From Octopus sinensis (taxonomy: Eukaryota): a DNA stretch of 64,000 nucleotides. Where the stretch lies: contig NC_043021.1 of NCBI RefSeq assembly GCF_006345805.1, forward strand, positions 6,076,001-6,140,000, given 5' to 3'. The notes under the pieces are model-generated. The model ran no database searches. It was not told the origin of the DNA and saw nothing but the letters and a program-made list of their open reading frames with translations. Position 1 is the stretch's first letter. Each line of letters begins with the position of its first letter. A program made the translations under genes and the position numbers. This document shows, piece by piece, positions 11,153 through 24,750 of the stretch.

Positions 11153-11769
11153 AGGTTTGTATACCTCAATGATCCTGTGAGCTAGCTATTGCTAGTAGAA
11201 CACAAGCTCCTGGTACAGCCTCCCATGCTGGTTAGGTCAAAGGATGGGGGCCAAACTAATACGGACCACTTCTTCCCAGAGGTAAAAATAGTTTGTGTGG
11301 GGCCAACATCCCTACCTAGAAAAAAGCAAAGTTACTGAAGTGTTGATGACAATTAAAAAAAAAAAAAAATCCGGAAAACTCCACAAAAAGAACAGCCCAG
11401 ACTCAAGAATTGTATAGAAAAGTCATGGGTGGCTTATGTTCCGTAGAGGGCAAAAGGATTAAGCTCATGTTGGCATAGGAGACTGTTTATCCTTTCATGT
11501 GATGGATACTATCCTCTAAACTTCTGATTAACCCTTTAGAATCATCATCATCATCATCATCATCATTTAACGTCCATTTTCCATTCTAACATGGGTTGGA
11601 CGGTTTGACTGGGGTCTGGGAAGCCAGAAGGCTGCACCAGGCTCCAGTCTGATCTGGCAGTGTTTCTACAGCTGGATGCCCTTCCTAACGCCGACCACTC
11701 CATGAGTGTAGTGAGTGCTTTTTACGTGCCACCGGCATGGACACCAGTCAGGCAGCACTGGCATAGTTC

Positions 11770-12368
11770 CTCTTACGTACCCAGATGACTTATTAGAAGT
11801 ACTTGATAGCTTTTGTTACCAAGAAGATGTAATTAGGAAGGGAGGTGGTTGCTCTGAAATATATGATAACCAAAGTCAGAAAGAGTTGGAGAATGTTCAG
11901 GGAGAAGCTATAGCTGCTGAGAGCAAAGATGTTTACCCTTAGAGTGAAGAGCAAATTGTATGATATGTGTTAGAACTGCAATGCTGCATGATAGTGAAAC
12001 ATGGGCCATGAATGCAAAGGGCATGAGAAGGCTGGATAGAAATGAAGTATGTGTGTGATCAATTAAATGTGCAATGTTAGTGCGAATGAAAGACATAGTA
12101 CAAAGGCACTGACAGAAAAATCGAGCTTATGAAAAATAAGATTTGTGTTCAATAGAGAAGAGTGCACTGTTATGGACATGTGGTGCATATAGACAAGGAC
12201 AGCTGTATGAAGAAATGCTGATTGCTTAATGTAGCAGGAACATGCTGGAAAGGGAAACTCAGGAAGACATGGGATGAAATGGTGAAGAATGAGCTGGGAC
12301 CCTGAGACTGACAGAAGAAATGACAAAAGACTGGGGTCTTTGGTAATATGAGGTTCCTGAAAAGACCT
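11770..12368 (+). mobile_element. Degenerate RTE LINE 3' fragment
   Basis: Similar to 60880-61480 (LHDSETWAMN, GNSGRHG/GRPRKTW-like remnants). Confidence 0.65.
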
Positions 12369-12595
12369 GCCCTTCTCAGAAAAACTGAGTTCTGAAAGTG
12401 CTATGCATTGTGCTCTCTACCCTTATTACAGTGATTCCTCCCCATCCCCCACACTATCTCTGCAGACAATCCAACCATGTCATTTCCGTCTATTGTCCCT
12501 CACTGTCAAGTGTATCATCATCATTAGTATTCTCTCACCTCTGCATCATTCTATCTTCCCCATCTCATGGCTCATTGTTCATCTACCCATACTTA

Positions 12596-12985
12596 TTTCT
12601 TTATTGCCTACAAGGAGCCAAACATAGAGGGGACAAGGACAGACAAAGGGATTAAGTTGATTACATCGACCCCAGTGCATAACTGGTACTTAATTTATCG
12701 ACCCTGAAAGGATGAAAGGCAAAGTCGACCTCAGTGGAATTTGAACTCAGAACGTAACGGCAGACGAAATACCTATTTCTTTATTACCCACGAGGGGCTA
12801 AACACAGAGGGGACAAACAAAGACAGACACACGGATTAACTCGATTACATCGACCCCAGTGCGTAACTGATACTTAATTTATCGACCCCGAAAGGATGAA
12901 GGGCAAAGTCGACCTTGGCGGAACTCAGAACATAACGGCAGACGAAATACGGCTATGCATTTTGCCCAGCGTGCTAATGATTCTG
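12596..12985 (-). mobile_element. SINE family B head-to-tail dimer
   Basis: Two bodies joined at GACGAAATACCTATTTC. The same structure occurs at 28988-29405, 45826-46248, 56118-56534, 58265-58900 and 62774-63194. Confidence 0.85.
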
Positions 12986-13644
12986 CCAACTCAACCTATT
13001 CTTGCAGTCTACCACCACAGCCCCTCATTTCCTTCTCATACAATCTTGCAAATCACCCAGCCATCTACCCACTTCTACTCATCCTGTGCCTTGTGGAGAC
13101 ACCTAGGTACTTCATCACCATTATTATCACTTTGCACCTCCTACTAATCATTTTCTCTTTTCTCTCTCTCCCCTCCTCCTGCTAAATGTGAGTAGCCATG
13201 CAGGTCTTTTACGAGAACCTGCCCCATCTTTACATAGTTGAAACCCTTATTACCAAATTTCCAATTATGAAGTTGACATCCACACCTGCCACAGGGTTTA
13301 CAGTCCTGTGACCTCAATAATGCAGGTGGCATGAAAAAAAGGCACCTGGTGCTCACTGAAAAGTGGTTGGCATTAGGAAGGGCATCCATGTAGAGAGAGA
13401 GAGACAATACTGAAGCAGACACTGAAGTACAATGTGGTTCACAGATTCATCAGATCTTGTGGAAACATCCAATCCATGCCAACATGGAAGATGGACATGA
13501 AATGATAATGAAAATCATGATGATGATGTGTTATAGATATATACATTTATATACACATAAATACATACATACATACATATATTTATATATATATATATAT
13601 ATAATATATATATATATATATTATATATATATATATATATATAT

Positions 13645-13917
<273 letters not shown>

Positions 13918-13954
13918 GTATGTATATATGTATATATATATATATATAATATAT

Positions 13955-13996
<42 letters not shown>

Positions 13997-14827
13997 ACAT
14001 ATATATATATTCATGCCTAATAGAGAGACAATGGAGCAGTCGCCATATTCCTTTACATAATGGCCAACTGATGAGCATTAGTCTACATAAGCGGATTATT
14101 ACCTAACACTCCATTGTATTCCTAGTGCAAAATCGATTGGTTAGATCAGCTGTAATGGATATACAACACTGTGCATTTTGGATAATAAATACACACACAC
14201 ACACAAACATATAAACATATATACATATACATACAGCTGTCCTCATTCATATACATCACACGTCCATACCACCACAGTTTTCTTCCTTGCACACAACCTC
14301 TGATTCCTCTTATGCTCAGTTCTTCTCTCAGTACATTTATATATTTCTTTACTGCCCACAAGGGGCTAAACACAGAGGGTACAAACAAGGACAGACAAAG
14401 GGAGTAAGTCGATTACATCGACCCCAGTGGGAAACTGGTACTTTATTTATCGACCCCGAAAGAATGAAAGGTAAAGTCGACCTCGGCGGAATTTGAACTC
14501 AGAACGTAACGTCAGACGAAATACTGCTAAGCATTTCGCACGGCGTGCTAACGTTTCTGCCAGCTCGCCACCTTCTACATTTATACTATGTCTTCCATGC
14601 ACATTTACTTCTTTCCAGTCTTCTCATGTCTTCTACGTCCGAGCCTATGTCTCACTACCATACGGCATTGCAGTTCTAACACATATCACACTATATGGGA
14701 AAAAACTTGTCAACAACAGCAGTATTAGCTCTCTGAACCTTCTCCAACCCACTCTAACTCTGACTACTATACTTTTAGAGTAATTACCTCCCTTACTGAT
14801 GACATCTTGCTAGCAAAAGCTATCAAG

Positions 14828-15241
14828 GGATCTTTTCGGCAGTTTTTTCTAGCGGTGTCATATGAAATTGTCACCCATAATTATGACCCTAGTATCGATC
14901 TATTGCATTTCAATCTATTTTAGGATTAGGGTTAGGGTTAGGGGTGGGGGAAGGGCATCTTCTTTTCTTCACAAATGTAAATAAACCCAATCTGTTTCTT
15001 AAACGAGGGACATATCCATACGGCACAGAATGTTTTCACCTCAATAGACGGTCATTGATTGGTTGAAATTGCCGAAATGCAAGAAATTAAAGACCAAATA
15101 TCTTACAAACTATAGAATTTTCTAAATAAAGCCAAGAAAAAAAGAATGTTTTATAAACACATTCTACCAGTATACGAAGTTTAAAATTTTTTAGTTACCT
15201 AGAAATTATGTTAAAAACTGCCGGTCAAACCGAAAAGATCC
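14828..15241. mobile_element. Second copy of the Merlin-like MITE
   Basis: Same body and TIRs; flanks CTATCAAG/CTACCAAG; telomere-like tract at 14920-14950. Confidence 0.75.
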
Positions 15242-15439
15242 CTACCAAGTACTCCCAGCGAGCTGTCCCGGTATTCAAGGAGTCTATTTCAAGTGTGTTC
15301 ATACAACGTACTGTTCAACTGCATCTATCACATTCAAAGCTCATGTTCTCTCCTAGTTTGCATATGATTCTACTACATCCCTTTTTGTCCTTAGCTTACT
15401 TTGGGTACAGCATATGGAGTCCGTACTTATTCTTCTTCT

Positions 15440-15750
15440 GTACATTGACCAACATCATTTCCCTGAAGGTACCAGGCTCTCGTCTTCTTTCCTACTCACT
15501 AAAACCTTTGTCTTTTGTAGGTTTACCTTCAGATCTTTCGATCTTAGGTTTAGCTTCTAAGCCTGGAATTTTCTCTCTAGTTCTTCAATGAGAACTAGAT
15601 CATCAGCATAGAGGAGCTCCCATGAATAGCCAGTCTTAAACTCCAATGTGATGGCTTGTAGGGCTATGACGATTAGGAAGGGACTGAGAATTGAACCTTG
15701 ATGGATTCCAACCCTCATGTGAAATTCCTCAGTGAAGTGCTAGTTGACTC
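15440..15750 (-). pseudogene. RTE-clade LINE reverse transcriptase fragment
   Basis: Minus-strand translation MRVGIHQGSILSPFLIVIALQAITLEFKTGYSWELLYADDLVL, followed by a stop. Confidence 0.85.
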
Positions 15751-15788
15751 ATTATTTATGTATACATATATATATATATGTATCATAC

Positions 15789-15819
<31 letters not shown>

Positions 15820-15854
15820 TCATACACACAGATACATATATATATAATGTATGT

Positions 15855-15894
<40 letters not shown>

Positions 15895-15930
15895 TACACA
15901 CAGATACATATATATATAATGTATGTATAC

Positions 15931-15965
<35 letters not shown>

Positions 15966-16562
15966 CATACACACAGATACATATATATATAATGTATGTA
16001 TACATATATATATATATATATAATATATATATATATATATTATATATATATATATATATATATGTATCCTGTACACACACAAACACACATGTATATATAC
16101 ATATATATAATGTATGTATACATATATATGTCATGCACACACACACACACACACACACACAGAGAAACATACATATATATAATGTATGTTTGTATACATA
16201 TATATGTATATGTATGTATCATGTGCACACACACACATATAGTGTACATATGTATACATACATATATATATATATGTATAATGCACACACACATGCATGC
16301 ATACACATACACACATTATTTGTTTTAGATGTTTTGTTTACTAATCTTGTACAGCTTAAAGGAATGCACATTTAGAATTATTTAACTAAATATCTAAAAA
16401 TATTAATAAATTATAAAATATTGATTCACCAGATATCTTTGTGGTTTCTTGTTCGTTTTGTCCCATTTTTATATATTTTTTGTTTCCCCCCACCCCTTAA
16501 TTTCTAATTATTTGTGGGTGAAGTAACCTGGGTCACTCCGGCTGCTGCTGCAGTTTACTTAC

Positions 16563-16618
16563 CTGGGTGATTTCTTACTGGTAGCCTTTATTATCAACGA
16601 TGCGCTAGCTTCATCCGT
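16563..16618 (-). CDS. Internal exon of the unidentified gene (TDEASASLIIKATSKKSP)
   Basis: TTTTTTTCTTCAG| acceptor, CAG|GTAAGT donor, 56 nt, phase 0-2, compatible with the preceding exon. Confidence 0.72.
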
Positions 16619-17203
16619 CTGAAGAAAAAAAGCAAAATAACATCAATCATATATTGCAGCATAGGTGGTGATGATGACGATGATGATGATGATGATGATG
16701 ATGATGTCTATAAGAGATATCTCTCAAGATAAGTGCCACAGTTTAGAAGACCTTCAACATATACACACTTTAAGTACATATACGGATCACTAATTTTGAA
16801 CTAATACTCCTCTTATAAATAATGGATATTGCTACTTGAAATGCAGATGATGGAATGCAACAACTCTACCAGAAATTGGATACACTTTGTTTTAGAGAAT
16901 TCAAACCAACTGGCATTTGTCCCATTTGAATCGGTCAAACAATTTCAACTGCCAAAGGACACAACGGTGACTATTTTAGCCAGTTTGACTGTCATACTGT
17001 GAGACTTATAAGGAGCACTAAATAATTGTTCTAGAAGCTCTGCTTGTGTATAGGGCATGAGAAGAGTAAACATGTTGCACTAAGTCTGAATAAAAGACTA
17101 GATGGTTATGGATGGTAAGTTTTTGATTACAGGTCCGTTGGATCAAGGCAGACTTGGGGTAAACAACAACAAATTTAATAAAAAAATCTTAAACACAAAA
17201 TAG

Positions 17204-17635
17204 GCGCAGGAGTGGCTGTGTGGTAGGTGGCTTGCTTGCCAACCACGTGGTTCCGGGTTCGGTCCCACTGTGTGGCACCTTGGACCAGTGTCTTCTGCTA
17301 TAGCCTCGGGCCGATCAATGCCTTGTGGGTGGATTTGGTAGACGGAAACTGGAGGAAGCCTGTCGTATATATGTATATATATATGTGTGTGTATATGTTT
17401 GTGTGTCTGTGTTTGTCCCTCTGGCATTGCTTGACAGCCGATGCTGGTGTGTTTGCGTCCCCGTCACTTAGCGGTTCGGCAAAAGAGACCGATAGAATAA
17501 GTACTGGGCTTACAAATAATAAGTCCTGGGGTCAATTTGCTCGACTAAAGGCGGTGCTCCAGCATGGCCGCAGTCAAAATGACTGAAACAAGTAAAAGAG
17601 TAAAAGAGTAAAGAGTAAAGAGTAAAGAGTAAAAT
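17204..17635 (+). mobile_element. tRNA-derived SINE (family A)
   Basis: GGCGCAGGAGTGGCTGTGTGG...GGTTCGGTCCC head, internal (TA/TG)n, tail ACAAGTAAAAGAGT. Copies at 40520-40918 (+), 46552-46952 (-), 49529-49920 (+), 50700-51100 (-); a tail fragment at 1-30. Confidence 0.85.
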
Positions 17636-17647
17636 AAAAATACTGAC

Positions 17648-18075
17648 CTCTTGTGGGGTGGCCACACTTCTCGTTGTCACAACAAGTCCAGGGGCTGAAG
17701 TCGTTGTCAGATTAGTAACCCCTACAACACCAGGACCTCCACTGTTTGTAGGGGTTGCGCAAGGTGTGCCTCCACCGCCCACTGAACCAATGGACGGTGG
17801 GTCGGCAATGTCTGCCGTTGTTGGCACAGAAGATGCTATAGATACGGAAGAAGAACTGACTGTGTCGGAGCCTTGGCGTCGTGGAAGCGAGTGTTTGCGC
17901 TGCAAAGACTGAGGTGAGTGTCGCTGTATGGGGGATGTTGCCTTCGTTGACCCATACACTCGGATCTTTTCATCATCATCAGATTCGAAAGCATCATCGA
18001 TGGTAAAAGAGCTGCTGGCCATCACTGTTGACTCTTGATTGGAAAGACTGTTATCATAAACATTTCTCGATTTGG

Positions 18076-18113
<38 letters not shown>

Positions 18114-18153
18114 GCTATTGTTGGCGTTATCACCAAAACATCCTCACTGCCAA
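17648..18153 (-). CDS. Internal coding exon of the unidentified gene, Ser/Thr/Gly-rich (GSEDVLVITPTIATTT...DDAFESDDDEKIRVYGS...RRQGSD...ATPQE)
   Basis: 506 nt of open, GC-richer, non-repeat sequence; TTCTTCTCAG| acceptor and GAG|GTCAGT donor; phase 1-0. Confidence 0.78.
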
Positions 18154-18325
18154 CTGAGAAGAATAACAAAAGAAAATATGATTAATAATCTCCAGGGAAG
18201 TTTTTATATATTGTGTATACATTTATATATACACATTATGCTGTTACCTATATACAAATATGTGTGTGTGTGTATATACATACATACATATTATATATAT
18301 ATATAAATGATGATGATGATGATGA

Positions 18326-18374
<49 letters not shown>

Positions 18375-18679
18375 CAAATGGAAATTCTAGTTGTGATACC
18401 TGTGCCGGTGGCACGTAAAAAGCACCAACCAATCATGGTCGTTGCCAGCCTTCTCTGGCCCCTGTGCTGGTGGCATGTAAAAAGCACCCACTACACTCTC
18501 AGAGTGGTTGGCGTTAGGAAGGGCATCCAGCTGTAGAAACACTGCCAGATCAGACTGGAGCCTGGTGCAGCCTCCTGGCTTCCCAGACCCCGGTTGAACC
18601 ATCCAACCCATGCTAGCATGGAAAACGGACTTAAACGATGATGATGATGAGGATGATGATATATGTATACACACATATA

Positions 18680-19527
18680 TACGAGAGGGTACTCAAAAGT
18701 AACTGGAAATGTTCTCTGTAAGATAAGCCCATTGTAGTTCAGGCTTCCACCATTAGAAGTCACTTGATGCGACCCTCAGGCATCAGTCTGTAAACTGGCA
18801 TTGTTGAGTGAAGTCGTACTGCCATGTGGTGCATCTTTGTTTTGCAGTGCTTCTCCTCTGATCATCAATTTTTGTGATGGCTGACATGAAGGGACAGCAT
18901 GCTTCCATGAAATCTTATTTTCTGCTGGAGAAAGTGGCGGCCAAAACAGCTGTCATGCTTCAAACAGCTCATAAGAACACTGCTATGCACAGAACAAAGT
19001 TTACAAGTGGTTTTCATGCTTTAGAAATGGTCACTTGTTGCTTGAAGACCAACCTCATTCATAGCATCTGTCGACCTCCTGAACAAGGGAAAACATCACG
19101 AAAATTCATGAACTGATCTAGGTGGACCATCACCGAACAATTGACAAATTTGTTGATCTGACTGGTGTGTCCTGGGGCTCCTGCCAACGAATTTTGAGTA
19201 AGGAGCTGCGAATGAAAAGAGTTGCAGTAAAATTTGTGCCTCACTTGCTCAAGGAAGATCAAAAACAGTCAGGACTGAATACATGTCATGAACTGATAGA
19301 ACAGTTGGAAGTTGATCTGGACCTGTTTTTGAAGGTCATCGCTGGTGAGGAAACCTGGTGCTATGGAATTTGTAGATGTGGAAAAGGTGAAGAAAAAAAA
19401 AACAAAGGAGGCATTAAAAGGCATCACTTTGCTAGAGTTCTAGTGCTTCTTCAAACAGTGGAAAAGACGTCTGTACAGATGCATTGCTTCAGATGGAGAA
19501 TACTTTGAAGGCGATGAAAGTGTAAAC
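18680..19527 (+). mobile_element. Mariner transposon remnant (frameshifted, internally deleted transposase)
   Basis: 5' TIR-like TACGAGAGGGTACTCAAAAGTAAC; motifs KFVPHLL, IAGEETWCYG (GDETW) and C-terminal RCIASDGEYFEGD. Confidence 0.85.
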
Positions 19528-20098
19528 ATGTAAAACTCATCATCATCATCATCATCATCATTTAACGTCCGCTTTCCATGCTAGCATGGGTTGGATGGTT
19601 CAACTGGGGTCTAGGAAGACCGAAGGCTGCACCAGGCCCAGTTAGATCTGGCAGTGTTTCTACAGCTGGATGCCCTTCCTAACGCCAACCACTCCATGAG
19701 TGCAGTGGGTGCTTCTTACGTGCCACCGACACAGGTGCCAGACAAAGCTGGCAAACGACCACACTCGGATGGTGCTTTTTACGTGCCACCGGCACGGAGG
19801 TCAGGCAAGGCTGGCAACGGCCACGATCGGATGGTGTTTGTTATGCGCCACCGGCACAGAGGCTAGTCGACACAGCGCTGGCTACGGCCACGTTCGGATG
19901 GTTCTCTTACATGCCACCGGCACTGGTATCACAACTACAAATTCCATTGATGTTGATCGATTTTGATTTTGATTTTGATTTTCACTTGCCTCAACAGGTG
20001 AATAAAATAATATTGCAAAATTCTGATTTCTTTTGGGTACCATTCATATAAGCATGAATAGGTATGTTACATATATATAAGCACATATGAGTATATAC

Positions 20099-20159
<61 letters not shown>

Positions 20160-20289
20160 TGTGGTTTGATCAGTAAGTATCTGGACTGTTGCTATAGAAA
20201 TGAAGTTAAAGCATGGAGAGTGAAGCCGCTTGGCACAGATTGACCTTGAACACTGCTGTGCATGTGCACTAAGTTTTAATATTCTAACT

Positions 20290-20595
20290 CACTTCCACTG
20301 TTTGCAGCAGTGCTTGGAAGGAAGGTGTGTAGCATGTGATTATCACATTGACCATGACAGAGAAAGTTGAGCAGAGAATCTGCATCAAATTTTGTCAAAA
20401 GCTTGGCAATTCCTGCTCAGAGGCCTACACAAAGTTTTCAAAAATTTTCATCATTCTTAACACAAACAAGGAGATCTTTTGCAACTGAAACCCAAGAGTC
20501 TTTTTGGTTAGCCGAAAGCAGCTTTGGCACAAATTTGGCAGACACGCGTCTCATACCCAAATCTTTAGTGATAATGGACTGAACTGAACCGTAAC
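20290..20595. mobile_element. Rearranged mariner fragment (N-terminus on plus, FVP region on minus)
   Basis: Plus MTEKVEQRICIKFCQKLG from 20354; minus GSVQSIITKDLGMRRVSAKFVPKLLS at about 20437-20590. Confidence 0.78.
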
Positions 20596-20829
20596 TAATC
20601 TGTACATACTTTGATAACTCACAGATGGTGATTCACAGATGAACTCACAGATGGGAAATAAAATAAATTCCTTTTTATGGTGAGAGAACATCTAAATAAG
20701 CAAGAGCCAAGCCTTACTGCTATGATGGAACCAATCAGGTTAAGATATATTTTCAGTCATGAACACAAGAGGAAAACATTTCAAGTAGGTCCCTGGATGG
20801 AGGGAATTTTTTAATATAATAATCCTTTC

Positions 20830-21430
20830 CTTTTTTCCATCAAACAAAGTTTGCACCTCCTACAACTGATGAGGTAAGGCTTGCACTTTCCCAGTAATCT
20901 TCAGCTGATGTTGTATTGTGAGCATTTTCTTTCAAAAGCTAAACTTTAAAAGAAGACTTGTGATTATTGAATCTGATCTTGAAAGTGGTTTCCACTGCAC
21001 CCAAATATCTTTGTACATGCATTATTTGACAGCCTCAATAGTACTGTGTGGACCATTTAAATAGCATATAACATTACTTCTGCATGAGCAGCCTGCCTTT
21101 GTGTTTGACTTAAGCCTATTTATTGAAATTTGGTATGTTTGGAGTGCAGCTAAAAGAGATCCACAGAGTGTGCCTATTGGAAAATTTCCTGTACTTATAC
21201 ATCTGCAGAAAATGCTTATCTACTATTCTAAGGATGACCCTACCTACCCAAGTCTTAACATTAAGAGAAAATGGGGGTAGTGGTGTAAACCATATTTTAT
21301 GATAACACTTTCTTTTATTGTGGCTAGGGTTGCACATATAACTAATGCTATCTCTGAAACTGCTAACAGTCAGGGCCTTGCTATATATGGGTCTGCAGCA
21401 TCAAAGAGGTCCTTATTTAAAGATCAGCTG
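20830..21430 (-). pseudogene. Penelope-like element C-terminal/GIY-YIG endonuclease remnant
   Basis: Minus-strand WFTPLPPFSLNVKTWVGRVILRIVDKHF...FSNRHTLWISFSCTPNI and VETTFKIRFNNHKSSFK, with stops and frameshifts. Confidence 0.72.
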
Positions 21431-21519
21431 GAGATCCTTCTGCATATATCCTACACTAGGTTTTGAAAACAATGACTGAAAGGCCATAGTCTGTGGGGTG
21501 AGTACATAATATATGTATT

Positions 21520-21845
21520 GCATGGCTCAGTGGTTAGAGTGTCCGGCTCACAATCATGAGGTAGTGAGTTCAACTCCTGGACCAGACTGTGTTGTGTTCT
21601 TGAGCAAGACACTTTATTTCACGTTGTTCCATTTCCCTCAACTGTAGAAATGAGTTGCAACATCACTGGCACTAAGCTGTATCTATCTTTGCCTTTCCCT
21701 TGGATAACATTGGTAGCATGGCGAGGGAAGACTAGTATGCATGGGTAACTGTTGATCTTCCATAAACAAATTTGCCTGGAATTGTACCTCGGAGAGGAAC
21801 TTGCTAAGTGCAATCCCATGGTCATTCATGACCGAAGGGGGTCTT
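21520..21845 (+). mobile_element. tRNA-derived SINE (family D)
   Basis: TGGCTCAGTGGTTAGAG...GAGTTCAACTCC head, TGTTCTTGAGCAAGACACTT central box, CATGACCGAAGGGGGTCT tail; copies at 49925-50225 (+) and 54955-55135 (-). Confidence 0.75.
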
Positions 21846-21957
21846 TAGACTTTACTCTTTTATGTGTGTTTGTGTATATACATATATCATCATCATCAAC
21901 ATTTAACAGCTATTTTCCATGCTGACATGGGTGATATATGTATGTATATATACATAA

Positions 21958-21996
<39 letters not shown>

Positions 21997-22575
21997 GTAA
22001 TTCTTGGGTGTTCCTGGCAACATGTAACTCAGGAGAACTTGTTGCATGGTTGGGCTATCAGTGACTAAATCAGCAACACCACCACCAAGCCTGCTTGGTA
22101 GGTAGGGGAGTTTCTGGACCTTTTGCAGGATGAAAAACAAAAAAAAAGTGCCTGGATGCACTTTTAGCCTACCAGTGAGTAGGTTGGATTTTTAGGTGTG
22201 GTGAAAGCAAACTCAGGAGATGGAAAACCCTAATAGGAAAGCCCTGAGGTATGTTGTTCATTGGGTTTGTAACAAACACCTGCACCAACTTTCTGCTTCT
22301 AAAAACTGAGGTTGGCCTTCCACAAACCTTCACACCGAACTCATCATCAGTGTGAGAAATCTAACAGCTATAATATTGGTTTCAAATTTTGGCACGAGGC
22401 CAGCAATTTATTGGTACTTGTTTTATTGACTCCAAAAGGATAAAAAACAAAGTCAGTATTAGAGGAATTTGAACTCAGAGCATAAAGACAAATGCAATAC
22501 TATTAATTTTGGTCCAGCATGCTAACAAATCTGCCAGCTCACCACCAACAAATTACTTGATATAAATATGTAGGA

Positions 22576-22794
22576 CAGTGCTTTTCAAACTTTTTGCTGG
22601 AGCAGAACCCCAAGGAAACATTCCACTGGCTCGGGGAACCCCTGTGCAATAATTTAATAGTCTTATGCACACATATCAGCACAGGAGAATTAAAAATTAC
22701 TGCCGATTTTAGCAGTTTTGTAACTTCTTGTGGAACCCCTGGACTGTACTGGCGGAACCCTAAGGTTCCGCGGAACCCTGGTCGAAAACCACTG
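22576..22794. mobile_element. hAT (Charlie-like) MITE
   Basis: CAGTG...CACTG termini, exact 8-bp TSD ATGTAGGA. Confidence 0.85.
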
Positions 22795-23588
22795 ATGTAG
22801 GAGAACTTTAAAATTTCTTGTCTAGTACCCAGGTGCACATTTAGTCTACCAGGTTATGTTGGACTCTAAGCTGTGGTGAAGGTGAACTCAGAAGAGGAAA
22901 AACCCTAACAGAAAAACCTTGAGGTATGTAAAACCTTGAGGTATTTGTGGCAAACATTTTGCACCAACTTTTTACTGTCAGTATTTCCAGAGGATGTAAC
23001 TGGTCCTACTGAAAGCTTTACCACCAAAAACAAATCATTTGGAAAAAATATATACACACACATATACATATATACATGGTGAATGAGTTTATAATATGTG
23101 TGTGTGAATGTGTTAGATGGTATGATTGATGGCTCTATGATTTAAATGATTTTTGATAGCCATTTTCTTCTCTAATCACATGGGTTGGATACATATATGA
23201 AGCTTTATATATCTATAAAGCATGTGTGTATGTGTGTGTTTGTGTGTGTTTGTGTGTACGTGTGCGTGTAGATATCTAAATATACAATGACACATATTTT
23301 GTCTATATATTTGTGTTTAAGTATTCCGTATATATTATGAAATACATGGCAATTGACAGTATTCTGTTGTGTGTACAGACTGATTGAAAATCGGCACATA
23401 TGTGTGTGTACGTGTGTGTGTGTACGTGTGTGTGTGTGCGTGTGTGTGTGTGTGTGAAAGTATAAACACATATATACATTTTCTATCTATATATGGATGA
23501 ATATAGAATAATTATTAAGAAATGGTATATGACATAAACATATGTGTGTGTGTGTACATATATACATGTATATATGTATAAATATATA

Positions 23589-23662
<74 letters not shown>

Positions 23663-24414
23663 ATATATGCACATACATACATACATACAAGACAGAGAGC
23701 GTGAGAGAGAACGAAAGAGACAAATAGATAGACACACAGATAGCTAAGAGAGATAGATATATATAGATAAGGCAGATAAACAGATAGGTAAAATTTCCAA
23801 TTACCAGACAAGCGTGATGTGTGAAATAAGGATAAATTCTCCACAGACAGAACAGTACTAGAGACACTCCACTACTCTACAATACTACAGACAGTAGAGA
23901 CACTACACTACAGCTGTAGTATGGTTACTGTAGCATTATAAGCATGGTGGCTATTCAATTATTTGGTGCAGTACCCCAGAAACAACAGCATCACTATCCA
24001 CCAATATCAACATCTCTACTTCACTCTCTCTCTCTCTCTCTCTCTCTAAATATATTGCACTACCTTTCTGTCTTTATCTATGACATTATCACTCTCTCTC
24101 TCTGCAACTGTATTCTCATCTACCTTTATTTTTTTTGCTTTCTCCTTCTCTCTATCTCTCTCTCTCTCTACCTTTCTCTTTTTTTCTCTATACCTACTTT
24201 CCTCTCTCCATACATTTCTTTTTTCTTTCTCTCTTTCTATCTTTTCCTCTTCCTCTCTGCTTCCTACCTTTCTCTCTCTTTCCCTCTCTCTCTCTCTCTC
24301 TCTCTCATCTTCACTCTTTATCTCTCACACTTCTGTATTTTTCTTTCCACAGTGTCTAAAATATTCCATGCCAAATGTCAGGAAGTTGCTTGCAGTTCAC
24401 CGATCTTTTGATTG

Positions 24415-24750
24415 TAGTGGTGGTAGCATTGTAGGTGGTGGTGGTGGTGGTGGTGTTGTAGGTGATAGTGGTTGTGGTGGCAGTGGTTGTGGTGGTGGTG
24501 GTAGTGGTTGTGGTGGTGGTGGTTGTGGTGGTGATAGTGGTTGTGGTGGTGGTGGTGTTGTAGGTGATAGTGGTTGTGGTGGCGGTGGTTGTGGTGGTGG
24601 TGGTAGTGGTTGTGGTGGTGGTGGGGGTGGTGGTGTTGTAGGTGATAGTGGTTGTGGTAGCAGTGGTTATGGTGGTGGTGGTGGTAGTGGTTGTGGTGGT
24701 GATGGTGGTTGTGGTGGTGGTGGTGGTGGTGGCGGTAATGGTTGGTGATG
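24415..24750. repeat. (GGT)n-derived compound repeat
   Basis: Interrupted GGT/GGTTGT/GGTGATAGT units, with open low-complexity frames on both strands. Confidence 0.88.
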
